Positions 27,541-37,525 of a DNA stretch of 64,000 nt are shown one piece after another (position 1 is the stretch's first letter; each line of letters starts with the position of its first letter). The position numbers and the translations under genes are program-made. Origin of the DNA: an uncultured Chloroflexia bacterium (lineage in GTDB: Bacteria; Chloroflexota; Limnocylindria; Limnocylindrales; CSP1-4); assembly GCA_963713975.1 (NCBI GenBank), contig OY970218.1:1760001-1824000 (forward strand), read 5' to 3'. The notes below the pieces were generated by a model. That model saw only the letters and a program-made list of their open reading frames with translations, was not told the DNA's origin and made no database searches.

Positions 27541-28972
27541 GGGGCGCGGGGACGGCGTCAGCCCGGCGGTCCTTGGCCTGGATCTCGGGACCAGCGAGGC
27601 GAAGGCGGCCCTGGTGGGCCTGGACGGACGGCTGTTGGGTCTTGGGCGGGGGTCATATCCCACTGACACGGGCGCCGACGGGCGGGCCGAGCAGGATCCG
27701 CGCGACTGGTGGGTGGCGATCACGACGGCCGTGCGGGCGATCGGTCCGGCGCTGGCGGGTGTCGACCTCCTCGCGATCTGCGCCGTCGGCCAGGGCCCAA
27801 CGCTCGTGGCCGTGACCGAGGACGCGGACCCGGTCCGCCCGGCGGTGACCTGGCAGGACCGGAGGGCGGGGAGCGGGGGCTACGGGCTGCTCCCCCGGAT
27901 GGCCTGGCTTGCCCGGGAGGATCCCGAGGGGGCCGCTCGAGCACGATGGCTGATGGCATCGTGGGATGCCGCGGGCCTGTGGCTGACCGGCGAGGCGGCC
28001 ACGTCCGTCCAGGCACACGAGTCGCCGCTACCCGTCCAGGCGCTGGACGGAGCCGGGGTCCGGCCGGACGCCATCCCTCCGCCGCTGGCGTATGGCGCCA
28101 GGCTCGGTGGGTTGCGCGCGGATGTTGCGGCGGCGCTCGGGCTGGCGGCAGGCACGCCGGTGATCGCGGGCGTAAACGACGGCACGGCGTCGATGCTCGG
28201 CGCCGGGCTCCGGGCCCCGGGCGATGCGGTGGACACCGGCGGCACCTCCGGTGGGATCGGCGTCTACGCCGACCGGCCGGTGGACCTGCCCGGCGTCTTC
28301 GTCGCACCGGCTCCGCTCCCGGGCCGCTGGGTGGTGGGCGGGGCGATGGCTGCGCTGGGCGCGTCCGTGGACTGGATGCGCAGCGTGGTGCTGGGCGACC
28401 GCTGGACACAGGATGGCCTGTTCGAGGCGGCCTCGCGAGTGGCGCCGGGCGCCGATGGGCTGGTCTTCCTGCCCTATCTCGCCGGGGAACGGGCGCCGGT
28501 GTTCGACGAGCGGGCGCGCGGCGCTCTCATCGGGCTGGCGCTGGCGCATGGACCTGAGCATCTGGCTCGGGCGACCCTGGAGGGCGCCGCGTTCGCCCTG
28601 CGGCACGTGGTGGAGCCGCTGGCGGCCGCCGGGGCACCGGTACGGGAGCTCCACCTGGCGGGCCGGCCGTCGTGGGGCGACACGTGGGCCAGGGTCAAGG
28701 CCGACGTGCTGGGCGTGCCGGTTGCGATCCCGGCGATCGGGGAGGCGGCCGTGCTGGGGGCGGCGATCCTGGCCGCGGTCGGGGTCGGTGCATTCGGGTC
28801 CGTCGGGTCGCGCAGGTCCCTCGAGGACGGCGTGGCCGCGATGACGTCCGTGGCACGCCGCCTGGAGCCCGATCCTGCCTCGCATGACCGCTACGACGCG
28901 GCATTCGCCGTGTACCGGGACCTGTATCCCGCCCTGCGGCCCCTGTTCCACGGCTCCGTGTCCGCCACGTAG
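27533..28972 (+). CDS. FGGY-family carbohydrate kinase (xylulokinase-like)
   Basis: LGLDLGTS, EQDP..WW, WQDRR, FLPYLAGERAP, ATLEG, GAAILA. Confidence 0.88.
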   Translation: MPEGRGDGVSPAVLGLDLGTSEAKAALVGLDGRLLGLGRGSYPTDTGADGRAEQDPRDWWVAITTAVRAIGPALAGVDLLAICAVGQGPTLVAVTEDADPVRPAVTWQDRRAGSGGYGLLPRMAWLAREDPEGAARARWLMASWDAAGLWLTGEAATSVQAHESPLPVQALDGAGVRPDAIPPPLAYGARLGGLRADVAAALGLAAGTPVIAGVNDGTASMLGAGLRAPGDAVDTGGTSGGIGVYADRPVDLPGVFVAPAPLPGRWVVGGAMAALGASVDWMRSVVLGDRWTQDGLFEAASRVAPGADGLVFLPYLAGERAPVFDERARGALIGLALAHGPEHLARATLEGAAFALRHVVEPLAAAGAPVRELHLAGRPSWGDTWARVKADVLGVPVAIPAIGEAAVLGAAILAAVGVGAFGSVGSRRSLEDGVAAMTSVARRLEPDPASHDRYDAAFAVYRDLYPALRPLFHGSVSAT

Positions 28973-29193
28973 TCGAAGGACGAGTACTCGTCACCTCGTC
29001 GGGCGCCCTGAGCGGGATTCGCGTGACAGGTCGTCACGAGCCCGATGTTCTGTCACGCCGATGTCCCGCTGTGGCCGTCCAGCCCTGGCGAGCACTCGAG
29101 TGGTGACTATCCGACCAGGACCGGCCTCGGCCTGGCTGCCGGAACACGGCCGCCCATCACCGGATCACGCGCGGGGAGTGATAGAGTCCCGCT

Positions 29194-29362
29194 AGAGCCT
29201 TCGGGGCAGGGTGTGATTCCCGACCGGTGGTAGGGTCCCGCGACGCGGGACGAGCCCACGAGCGGCACGGCGGCGGCGGAGCCCGCGGCCAGGCTGCAGA
29301 TCCGAGGTCCGGTGCAAGCCGGGCCGACCGGAGCCGACGGTACAGTCCGGATGAGAGAAGGC
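29194..29362 (+). promoter_or_regulatory. FMN riboswitch (RFN element)
   Basis: CTTCGGGGCAGGGTGTGATTCCCGACCGGTGGT...AGCCCACGAGC...CCGGTG...CCGGAGCCGACGGTACAGTCCGGATGAGAGAAG matches the RFN consensus; lies upstream of an ABC importer. Confidence 0.95.
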
Positions 29363-29444
29363 CGGGCCCAGGCACGGGCCGATGACGTCCGTGCTCGCGC
29401 GCCGTCCGCCCCGTTGTGCCAGGCATGGACGACGGAGGTGTGCG

Positions 29445-30416
29445 ATGACGATGGCGAGGCAGCCCGTGACGGCCGCCCCGTCCTCCGCCGCGCCTGCCAC
29501 CGGCCACGTCGCCCCATCACGACCGGGCGCCGGTGTCCGCATCGATGATGTGTCGCTCACGTTCCGCGGGGCCCGCACGGTCCACGTCCTCGACGGCATC
29601 AGCCTGGACATCCGGCCGGGCGAGGTCGTTGCGCTGATCGGGCCCAACGGCTGTGGCAAGAGCACGTTGCTGCGCGTCGTCGCCGGCCTGATCCCGCCGG
29701 GTGCCGGTGGCGTGGCCATCGACGGTGACCCGGTGACCGGGCCGGATGAGCGCGTCGGCCTCGTGTTCCAGGAGTCGCGGCTGCTGGCGTGGCGGGACGC
29801 GGACGCCAACGTGCGCTTCCCGATGGAGCTGGCGGGGTGGTCCAAGGAACGCCAGCGGGCCAGGACCGACGATCTCCTCGGTCTCGTCGGGTTGCGCGAG
29901 TTTGCCGCCGCCAAGCCCTCGACGCTGTCCGGCGGCACCCGCCAGCGGGTGTCGATCGCCCGGGCGCTGGCGCTCGAGCCGCGCGTCCTCCTGCTCGACG
30001 AGCCGTTCAGCGCCCTCGACGCCCTTACCCGCGAGCGGTTCAACGGGGAGCTGCTGCGCCTATGGGAGCGCACGGGGACGACGATCATCGTGGTCACGCA
30101 TTCGATCCCGGAGGCCGTCTTCCTGGCCGACCGGGTGGTGGTGATGTCGCCCAGGCCCGGTCGTGTGGCGGCCGAGATCCCCGTCGACCTGCCCCGCCCG
30201 CGTCGCGTCGCGGACCTCGACTCCGCCTTCGTGTCGTCGATCGCGGCCGAGATCCGCGCCAAGCTCGTGGACACCACCGACGACAGCATCGCGATGGAGG
30301 AGGCGAGAACGGCCGTGACCGCCGGCACCCAACCCGGTGACCGGCCACGCCACGCCGAGACCGAGCCCGGAACGCCCGCCTGGTTCGATCCGTTCCGGCC
30401 GGAGGACGAGGCGTGA
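29445..30416 (+). CDS. NitT/TauT-family ABC ATP-binding protein (probable riboflavin importer)
   Basis: GGAGG RBS; GPNGCGKST, LSGG, LLLDEPFSALD, VTH, PRPGR. Confidence 0.92.
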   Translation: MTMARQPVTAAPSSAAPATGHVAPSRPGAGVRIDDVSLTFRGARTVHVLDGISLDIRPGEVVALIGPNGCGKSTLLRVVAGLIPPGAGGVAIDGDPVTGPDERVGLVFQESRLLAWRDADANVRFPMELAGWSKERQRARTDDLLGLVGLREFAAAKPSTLSGGTRQRVSIARALALEPRVLLLDEPFSALDALTRERFNGELLRLWERTGTTIIVVTHSIPEAVFLADRVVVMSPRPGRVAAEIPVDLPRPRRVADLDSAFVSSIAAEIRAKLVDTTDDSIAMEEARTAVTAGTQPGDRPRHAETEPGTPAWFDPFRPEDEA

Positions 30417-31291
30417 GCGAGGTCCGGCCCGTCGCCGTGCCGGCCACGCCAGCTTCCGGCGCGTCGGTCCCGACCCCGACCGCCGTCCCCGTTGCCGAGC
30501 ACGAAGGGGCGCTCTCGCCCGTGGCAGCTTCGCACCGACGCCGAGCCCTCGGACTCGTCTGGCCGGTCGCGGTCAGCCTGGCGGTGTTCGTCCTTGCCTG
30601 GCAGGCCGTGGTCTACGTGTCGGGCTTCCAGTCCTTCGTCCTGCCCGGTCCGTGGACCGTGGCCGAGCGATTCGCACGGGCATGGATGGACGGCACCATG
30701 TGGCCGCACGTCGAGGCGACCCTCGTCGAGGTGCTGCTGGGCTTCGCGCTGGGCGCCTCGATCGCCCTCGTCGTCGGGGTCCTGCTCGCCCGCTCGCGCC
30801 TGGCCGAACGACTGCTCAGTCCCTACCTCGTGGCCGCCCAGGCAACGCCCGTTCTCGCACTGGCCCCGTTGATCGTCCTTTGGTTCGGCAATGGGCTGTC
30901 GTCCAAGCTGGTCATCACGACGCTGATCGTCTTCTTCCCGGTGGCGGTCGCCACGATGGTGGGCATCCGGTCCGTGGACCCGCGCCTGCTCGAGATGGCC
31001 CGCAGCTTCCGTGCCACCAGCTGGCAGACGATCTCCGGCGTCGAGATCCCCGCCGCGCTGCCGGCCATCCTCGGCGGCATGCGCGTCGGGGTGACGCTCG
31101 CGGTCATCGGCGCGATCGTCGGCGAGTGGGCGGGTGCGGACAAGGGCCTGGGCGTGCTGATCAACGTGGCGCGCGGCTCGCTGTTCGACACGCCGCTCAT
31201 GTTCGCCGCCCTGACCATGCTCGCGATCCTGGGCGTGACCCTCTACCTCGTGATGATCCTCATCGAGCGCCGCCTGGTTGGCGACCGGTGA
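30413..31291 (+). CDS. ribX: NitT/TauT-family ABC permease, RibX-like
   Basis: LPGP, QATPVLALAPL..LWFG, IVGEW...GLG; symbol inferred from FMN riboswitch context. Confidence 0.75.
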   Translation: MSEVRPVAVPATPASGASVPTPTAVPVAEHEGALSPVAASHRRRALGLVWPVAVSLAVFVLAWQAVVYVSGFQSFVLPGPWTVAERFARAWMDGTMWPHVEATLVEVLLGFALGASIALVVGVLLARSRLAERLLSPYLVAAQATPVLALAPLIVLWFGNGLSSKLVITTLIVFFPVAVATMVGIRSVDPRLLEMARSFRATSWQTISGVEIPAALPAILGGMRVGVTLAVIGAIVGEWAGADKGLGVLINVARGSLFDTPLMFAALTMLAILGVTLYLVMILIERRLVGDR

Positions 31292-32358
31292 TCCCCGCCC
31301 CTGAGCTCCCGGAGGTCCATCAGCCCGTGCTCCCTCGCCGTCTCCGTCTCGCCACCGCCATCGCTGCCATCGCCCTCCTTGCGGTTGCGTGCGGCGGCTC
31401 GTCCGCGACCACCCCACCAGCATCGGAGGCCGCGACCGCCACGCCGGCCGTCGAGCCCGTGCCCCTCACGGTCGGCCTGGGCTACATCCCCAGCGTCCAG
31501 TTTGCGCAGTTCTACCTCGCCGACCAGGCCGGCTACTACGCCGACGCCGGTCTCGAGGTCACGCTCCAGAACAAGATCGATCCCGACCTGATCACGCTCC
31601 TCGGGCAGGGCGCCGTGGACATCGGGTCCGGCGACGGCACCTCGGTGATCCCCGCGGTGAGCCAGGGGATCCCGGTCGTGTACACGTCCACCATCTACGG
31701 CCGTTTCCCGGCGGTGGTGATCGCGAAGGCCGGATCCGGCATCGCGACCGCGTCGGACCTCAAGGGCAAGCGGATCGGGACGCCTGGCAAGTACGGGACC
31801 AACTGGCTGATGCTCAAGGCGCTGCTGGGATCCGCGGGCTTGACGACCGAGGACGTGACGATCGTGGAGTACCCGACGTTTGGCCAGGCAGCAGCGCTCC
31901 AGCAAGGACAGGTGGACGCGATCACGGGCTTCGCCAACAACGAGCCGATCCAGCTCGCCAATGCCGGGATCGATCCGGTCGTGCTCACGATCGATGAGGT
32001 TGTGCCCCTGCCGGGGCCGGGACTCGTCACCGGGAGGGCGACCCTCGAGGCCAAGCGGGAGGCCCTGGCTGCGTTCACGGCAGCCACCCTCCGCGCCATG
32101 GAGACGATCACCGCCGATCCGCAGGCCGGCCTGGACGCCACCTTCGCCGCGGTGCCCGACCTGGCCACGGACCCTGCCCTCCAGCGCCAGATCCTGGATG
32201 CCACCATCGCGACGTGGGCCAGCCCGCGCGCCGGGGCGCCGCTCGGATCGATCGACCGGCCCGGCTGGCAGCAGTCGCTGGACTTCATGAGTTCGCTGGG
32301 GCTGGTCCCCAACCCGGTCACGATGGACCAGCTGGTGGACGAGTCGCTGCTGCCCTGA
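31288..32358 (+). CDS. ribY: NMT1/THI5-like substrate-binding lipoprotein, RibY-like
   Basis: Lipobox VACG; GYIPSVQFA, DLKGKRIG, NNEP; alternative start 31327; symbol inferred from riboswitch context. Confidence 0.75.
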   Translation: MIPAPELPEVHQPVLPRRLRLATAIAAIALLAVACGGSSATTPPASEAATATPAVEPVPLTVGLGYIPSVQFAQFYLADQAGYYADAGLEVTLQNKIDPDLITLLGQGAVDIGSGDGTSVIPAVSQGIPVVYTSTIYGRFPAVVIAKAGSGIATASDLKGKRIGTPGKYGTNWLMLKALLGSAGLTTEDVTIVEYPTFGQAAALQQGQVDAITGFANNEPIQLANAGIDPVVLTIDEVVPLPGPGLVTGRATLEAKREALAAFTAATLRAMETITADPQAGLDATFAAVPDLATDPALQRQILDATIATWASPRAGAPLGSIDRPGWQQSLDFMSSLGLVPNPVTMDQLVDESLLP

Positions 32359-32383
32359 CAGGCCGGCCGCGCGTCGTACTGAA

Positions 32384-32417
32384 GAAGCCGGGCCCCCGCG
32401 GTGGAGGGCCCGGCTTC
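32384..32417. terminator. Terminator hairpin between convergent genes
   Basis: 12-bp stem GAAGCCGGGCCC/GGGCCCGGCTTC. Confidence 0.75.
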
Positions 32418-32457
32418 GGTGGTGTCGTCCTGGCGTTGAACCCAGGATTCGCCGGGG

Positions 32458-33468
32458 TCAGGCGCCGCTGTCGGTGTAGACGAGCGTTCCCTGGTCGGTC
32501 GTGGTGATCGTCAGCTGGTCGCCCGCGACGGCGTAGCTCGCAGCCTTGCTGATCCCGATGATGTACAGGTCCGAGTACGAGCCCTCGGCGCAGGCGACCG
32601 TCGTCGTCGGCCCGGGCGTGATCGTCAGGCCACCGGACGAGGTCGTGGCGTAGCCGCCGTTGACCGTGTTGCAGTCGGCCCTGGCCGAGAACGTCCCGTC
32701 GGTCGCGAAGCTGATGGTGTAGTTCGACTGCTGATCGGCAGGCACGACGCCCTGGAAGGCGGGATCCTTCAGGGTGACCGCCGTCAACTGCCACGCCTTG
32801 CCCGTCAGGTCTCCGCCGGGCGTCGGCGGTGCTGTCGGGGCCGGCGTCGGCTTCGGGGTCGGCTTGGGGGTGGGCGCGACCGTCGGCTTCGCGGTGGGCT
32901 CACCGGTCGGCGCGGCGGTCGGCTTCGCGGTGGGCGTCGGTGACGGGGTCGGCTTGGGGGTCGGGCTCGCAGTCGGCTTTGGCGTGGGGCTGGCCGTCGG
33001 AGCCTCGGTCGGCTGGTCGGTGGCCGCCGGCGCGGAGCTTCCCGGAAGGCCGACGACGAAGACCATCGTGCCTCTGTCGCTCAGGGTGATCGTCAGGATG
33101 ACGTCCTTGATCTCATAGCTCCGCGCCTGCGTGATGCCGTGGACGAACAGGTCCGCGTACGAGCCCTCCGGGCACAGGGCGAGCGTCGAGATCCCGGGGT
33201 TGATCGTCAGGCTGTCCCGGCGGTTGGTCTCGTAGGTGCCCGCGATCTGGTTGCAGTCAGCCGTGCCAACGTACGTTCCGTCGTCGTTGAACCTGATGAC
33301 GTACTTGCCCTGGTCCTCGGCAGGGATGACGCCCTGGAATGCCGGCACCTTCTCGGTGATCGCGGTCAGCCGCCAGTCCCGGCCGGTGAGCTGGTCCGAG
33401 CCCGACCCGCAGGCCGCGAGGATGGCGGTTGCCGCGATGGCAAGCGCGATGATCGTGAGCGTTCGCAT
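32458..33468 (-). CDS. Lipoprotein with two META (HslJ-like) domains
   Basis: Lipobox LAAC; two repeats LTG..W.L...ADCN...G.Y...T..C.EGS separated by a PTPK linker. Confidence 0.88.
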   Translation of the reverse strand: MRTLTIIALAIAATAILAACGSGSDQLTGRDWRLTAITEKVPAFQGVIPAEDQGKYVIRFNDDGTYVGTADCNQIAGTYETNRRDSLTINPGISTLALCPEGSYADLFVHGITQARSYEIKDVILTITLSDRGTMVFVVGLPGSSAPAATDQPTEAPTASPTPKPTASPTPKPTPSPTPTAKPTAAPTGEPTAKPTVAPTPKPTPKPTPAPTAPPTPGGDLTGKAWQLTAVTLKDPAFQGVVPADQQSNYTISFATDGTFSARADCNTVNGGYATTSSGGLTITPGPTTTVACAEGSYSDLYIIGISKAASYAVAGDQLTITTTDQGTLVYTDSGA

Positions 33469-33629
33469 GCAGTGACTCCCCGTGCGGATGCTGGTCCCTT
33501 GCGTTCCTGGATTGGCGCCGTCGGCTCCCGCTCAGCCGGATTCAGCGAAGCGAAGGATAGGGGATCGATGCCGATGGTGGCGGTCGCCCGCGCCCGGCTC
33601 GCGCCGCACCACGGGGTAGAGTTGCGCCG

Positions 33630-33704
33630 GGGCCCGTAGCTCAGCGGTAGAGCAGGGGACTTTTAATCCCTTGGTCCTGGGTTCGAATCCCAGCGGGCTC
33701 ACCA
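33630..33704 (+). tRNA. tRNA-Lys (anticodon TTT)
   Basis: GGGCCCG TAGCTCAGCGGTAGAGC A GGGGA CTTTTAA TCCCT ... GGTTCGAATCC ... CGGGCTC ACCA cloverleaf with encoded CCA. Confidence 0.97.
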
Positions 33705-33727
33705 GCCAACCCGTGCGCGTGATCCCT

Positions 33728-34516
33728 TCAGCGCGCCTCGAACGACCGCTTGGAGAGCCCCAGGAAGAACCCTTCGATAGCGGTACGTGGCGCGTGGTCC
33801 GGCATCGCCGCGGCGCCCAGGGTCACGAACAACGGCGCGAGGTGTTCGACCGTCGGGTGGGCGAACGGCATCCCGGGCGCCTTCTCGCGGAACGCGAACA
33901 GGGTGTCGAGGTCGCCACGCTCGAGGGCTTCCGCGGCCCACCGGTCGAACTCCGCGGACCACTGCGGCGCCCCCGGCCGCCCGTCCCAGTACTCGCCGAT
34001 GTACGGCAGCCCGTGCGTCATGAACCCGGAGCCGATGACCAGCACGCCCTCGTCGCGCAGCGGTGCCAGCCGCCGGCCCACGTCGAACAGGTGCTCCGGG
34101 TCCAGGTCCGGCATCGACATCTGCAGCACCGGGACGTCCGCGCCCGGGTACATCGCCATGAGGGGCACCCAGGCACCGTGGTCGAGGCCTCTGTCGGGGC
34201 GGTCCAGGACGGGCTCGCTCGCCGGCATCAGCGCCTTGATGGTGGCCGCCAGGTCGGGTGCGCCCGGGGCCCGGTACTGGAGGTCGTAGTACCGCTGCGG
34301 GAAGCCATGGAAGTCGTAGACGAGCGGGACCGTCGTCGTGGCTCCGATCGCCATCGGCGCTGTCTGCCAGTGGGCGCTCACGATCAGGATGGCCCGCGGG
34401 CGAGGGAGTGCCGCCGACCAGCCGGCGAGCTGCCCCATCCACATAGGATCGTCGAGGAGCGGCGGCGCGCCGTGGCCCAGGTACAGGGCGGGGAGTGGTC
34501 GGGTGGCCTGGTTCAT
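33728..34516 (-). CDS. DODA/YgiD-type extradiol dioxygenase (LigB family)
   Basis: HGAP, SAHW, YDFHGFP, RGLDHGAWVPL, GSGFMTH, AHPTVEH. Confidence 0.92.
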   Translation of the reverse strand: MNQATRPLPALYLGHGAPPLLDDPMWMGQLAGWSAALPRPRAILIVSAHWQTAPMAIGATTTVPLVYDFHGFPQRYYDLQYRAPGAPDLAATIKALMPASEPVLDRPDRGLDHGAWVPLMAMYPGADVPVLQMSMPDLDPEHLFDVGRRLAPLRDEGVLVIGSGFMTHGLPYIGEYWDGRPGAPQWSAEFDRWAAEALERGDLDTLFAFREKAPGMPFAHPTVEHLAPLFVTLGAAAMPDHAPRTAIEGFFLGLSKRSFEAR

Positions 34517-34611
34517 GGTCGTGGGACGCCTCTTGGTGATTGCTCACGCAACCATATATCCGACACCGTCGTGTCCGCAAGGCACCCTGCCACCTGGGCT
34601 ACTGTTCAGAC

Positions 34612-35346
34612 ATGACCAACGACTCTCTCGTCGTCCTCATCACCGGTGCCACGGGCCCGGCCGGCCGCGCCGCCTCCCGCCGGTTCGCCGCCGATGGGGC
34701 CTGTCTCGCGCTGAACGGGTCGAACCCGGGTCGCCTCGCGGCGCTCGTGAGCGACCTCGCCCTGCCGTCCCACCGGGTCCTGCCCGTGCCCGGCGACCTC
34801 CGGGTCCAAGCGACCGCAGGCGAGGTCGTCGCGGCCACCGAGGCCACCTTCGGGCGGGTGGACGTCCTGCTCCACCTCGTGGGTGGCTGGACAGGCGGAA
34901 CGGCCGTGGCGGACCTGGACCACCGCGAGGTCCGGCGGATGCTGGACCAGCACCTATGGACGACGCTGCACATGATCCAGGCCGTTGTGCCCGGGATGCG
35001 GGAGCGAGGTTTCGGGCGCGTGATCGCGGTCTCGTCGCCGTTTGCCGCGACACCCGGGCCGAAGGGCGCGAGCTACGCGATGGCCAAGGCCGCCGAGGAG
35101 GTTCTCGTCAAGTCACTGGCCCGCGAGGTGGCCGCCGACGGGATCACCGCGAACATCGTCGTGGTCCGCGCGATCGAGGTGGCCCCGTCCTCCGGGACCG
35201 TGGATCTGCCGCCCGGGACGCCAGCGCCACCGGGGAAGCTGACTTCGACGACGCCCGAGGAGCTCGCGGAGACCCTCGCCTGGCTGGCATCACCCGCCGC
35301 CGGGTCCGTCACGGGGGAGCGGATCAGCCTCGCCGGACGAGGCTGA
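34612..35346 (+). CDS. Short-chain dehydrogenase/reductase
   Basis: ITGATGPAG, GRVDVL, YAMAK (YxxxK), VTGE. Confidence 0.88.
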   Translation: MTNDSLVVLITGATGPAGRAASRRFAADGACLALNGSNPGRLAALVSDLALPSHRVLPVPGDLRVQATAGEVVAATEATFGRVDVLLHLVGGWTGGTAVADLDHREVRRMLDQHLWTTLHMIQAVVPGMRERGFGRVIAVSSPFAATPGPKGASYAMAKAAEEVLVKSLAREVAADGITANIVVVRAIEVAPSSGTVDLPPGTPAPPGKLTSTTPEELAETLAWLASPAAGSVTGERISLAGRG

Positions 35347-35378
35347 CGGGCGTCAACGCGCTCTCAGCCCCCGGTTAC

Positions 35379-36629
35379 TCAGCCCCGGCGCAGCCGGCCC
35401 AGCAGCGACCTCGGCGACCTCGCGCTGCGGACCCTGGTCGCCAGCCTCTCCGCGAGCCGCTCGTATTCCTCGGGCCGGTTGTAGCGCTGGGCGGAGATGC
35501 GGACGAGGATCTGCGACGGGCCCCCGCCGGGTGGGATCGCGGCGCGCACCGGGAACGCCAGCACCGGCACCTCGATGCGGTCCTCATCGACTAGGGTGGC
35601 CTGGAGCCGGCGGGCGGCCGCCTCGGTGGGCGCGACGTCCGGGAGTGGGATTGCAGCCATCGCGCCGAGCATGGTGTCCGGGGCGGGCGCCGCAACCTCC
35701 AGCGCGGCGCAGATCCTGTCGCGGCCCTCGCGTGCCATCGTCGAGTTCGCCGCCATCAGCCCGGACCAGCCGTCCTCGTGCAGACCGCCCACGAAGCGGA
35801 TCGCCGCCGGCATCGACAGGTACGGCGTCGGGTCCCCGGTGCCCATCCAGTCGAAGCCCAGCCTGAAGCGGGTCCGGTCCGTGCGCTCGTCGTTGGCGCC
35901 GTGCGAGACCACCAGCGGCCGGATCCGCTTCCGTGCATCCTTGCGGACGTGGAGCACCGCTGAGCCCTTCGGCGCGCACAGCCACTTGTGGCCGTTGCCA
36001 GTCCAGTACGCGGCCTGCAGCGCGTCCAGGTCAATGGGCAGCATGCCGGGGGCGTGGGCTCCATCCACGAGCGTGTCCACGCCGCGCCGGTCCAGCTCGC
36101 GCACGAGCGCCGCGATCGGCAGCACGAGCGCCGTCGGCGAGGTCACGTGGCTGACCAGCGCCAGCCTGGTGCGAGCGGTGACCGCCTCCAGGTACGCCTC
36201 CACGACCTGGGACGGGTCCGACACCGGGAACGGCACCCGGACCATGACCACCCGGGCCCCGTCGCGTTCCGCTGCCGCCCGGAGCGCGTTCAGGGTTGCG
36301 TTGTACTCGTGGTCGCCGGCGAGGAGCTCGTCGCCCGGGGCGAACCGGAGCGAGGCGAGCACCGTGGCCACGCCGGTCGTCGCGTTGGGGACGAAGGCGA
36401 CGCCCTCCGGGTCTGCGTGCAGGAACTCGGCGACCTCCATGCGGGCGAGGTCGAGGTGCCCCTCCAACTCACGGTCGAGGAACCGGACCGGCTGCCGCTC
36501 GAGGCGGTCGCGCCACGCACGCTGGGCCTCCAGCACGGGCTCCGGACACGCCCCGAACGACCCGTGGTTGAGAAACGAGACGTCCGGCTCCAGGAGCCAC
36601 GGCGAGCGGTCGAAGGTGCGTCCGGTCAC
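35379..36629 (-). CDS. Class V PLP enzyme (isopenicillin N epimerase / EgtE-like C-S lyase family)
   Basis: FLNHGSFGA, NATTG, SHVTSPTA, DGAHAPG, GNGHKWLCAPKG, RISAQ.YN. Confidence 0.9.
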   Translation of the reverse strand: MTGRTFDRSPWLLEPDVSFLNHGSFGACPEPVLEAQRAWRDRLERQPVRFLDRELEGHLDLARMEVAEFLHADPEGVAFVPNATTGVATVLASLRFAPGDELLAGDHEYNATLNALRAAAERDGARVVMVRVPFPVSDPSQVVEAYLEAVTARTRLALVSHVTSPTALVLPIAALVRELDRRGVDTLVDGAHAPGMLPIDLDALQAAYWTGNGHKWLCAPKGSAVLHVRKDARKRIRPLVVSHGANDERTDRTRFRLGFDWMGTGDPTPYLSMPAAIRFVGGLHEDGWSGLMAANSTMAREGRDRICAALEVAAPAPDTMLGAMAAIPLPDVAPTEAAARRLQATLVDEDRIEVPVLAFPVRAAIPPGGGPSQILVRISAQRYNRPEEYERLAERLATRVRSARSPRSLLGRLRRG

Positions 36630-36708
36630 GCGCGGACTCTAGCCGACGCGGGACCCGCTCCGCCTGCCTCGCGCGTCGGTGGCGGTGCCGGACTGCACCA
36701 GTCCGGGA

Positions 36709-37119
36709 TCAGGCCCGCGGGTCGTCGCGCCGACCGTCGTCTGACGCTTGCCCGTCTTCGCCTTCGCCGTCGCCCGTCCCACCCCCCGGAGGCGTGACAT
36801 CCTTCGGCGGTTCTGGCAGCCCGGGTGCCGGTCTCGGCGTCACGTCGATGATCGTGGGAGGCTTCGGCCGTCGGCCGCCCAGTACTCGTGAGAGTCGCTC
36901 CGGCCCGGCCACGAACGGAGCCAGGAACCCGAGCACCAGGATCGGCAGCAGGAAGCGGGATGCCGCGGCGAAGCGCAGGGCCATCAGGATCCCGATGCCG
37001 TAGACCAGCCACGCCGCGAACAGGGCGCCCGCGGACCAGCCGGCGACCCGCAACCGCCAGACGGGGAGCAGCGCCAGCAGCCCGGCGACGAGCAGGGTCA
37101 GGAGGAGGGCCGGCAGCAT
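36709..37119 (-). CDS. Hypothetical small membrane protein
   Basis: Three hydrophobic segments and a low-complexity tail; TATGAT 6 nt before the ATG. Confidence 0.7.
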   Translation of the reverse strand: MLPALLLTLLVAGLLALLPVWRLRVAGWSAGALFAAWLVYGIGILMALRFAAASRFLLPILVLGFLAPFVAGPERLSRVLGGRRPKPPTIIDVTPRPAPGLPEPPKDVTPPGGGTGDGEGEDGQASDDGRRDDPRA

Positions 37120-37285
37120 GCCCTGATCATAGGTGCTGGTCCCGAGTGAGGGTGGTCGACCTCAGGCTGCAACCCTTCAATGTCGCCGCGGGAATGAAGG
37201 GGATGGGTCTGGGGGCTCAGGGTGACCCTGGCTCACCGAGACACCGTGGTATCGTGACGCCACCGCACCACGAACGGAGGCCGCC

Positions 37286-37498
37286 ATGACGATCAAGTCC
37301 CGGACCCTGCGCCTGCCTGCCGACCAAGCCGAAGCCCTCGAGGCGATCGCCGGCGTCGACGAAGTGTCGGTCAACGAGGAGATCCAGCGGGCGATCGCCG
37401 CCCACATCGAGGCTCGTCGGTCCGATCCCGATTTCCGGCGGCGCCTGAAGACCAGCATCGAGCGCAACCGCGAGATCCTTGAGCGCCTCGCCCGTTGA
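37286..37498 (+). CDS. Ribbon-helix-helix protein, probable antitoxin
   Basis: GGAGG RBS; TLRLP...LEAIA...SVNEEIQRAI; C-terminal RNREILERLAR; near-palindrome GACACCGTGGTATC at 37240-37253. Confidence 0.8.
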   Translation: MTIKSRTLRLPADQAEALEAIAGVDEVSVNEEIQRAIAAHIEARRSDPDFRRRLKTSIERNREILERLAR

Positions 37499-37525
37499 CC
37501 CTCTACCTCAGCGTTACTGAAGCCA
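37495..37525 (+). pseudogene. Truncated N-terminus of a probable Doc/Fic-type toxin
   Basis: TTGA overlap with the antitoxin stop; MTLYLSVTEA resembles Doc N-termini, after which the frame loses similarity. Confidence 0.4.
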
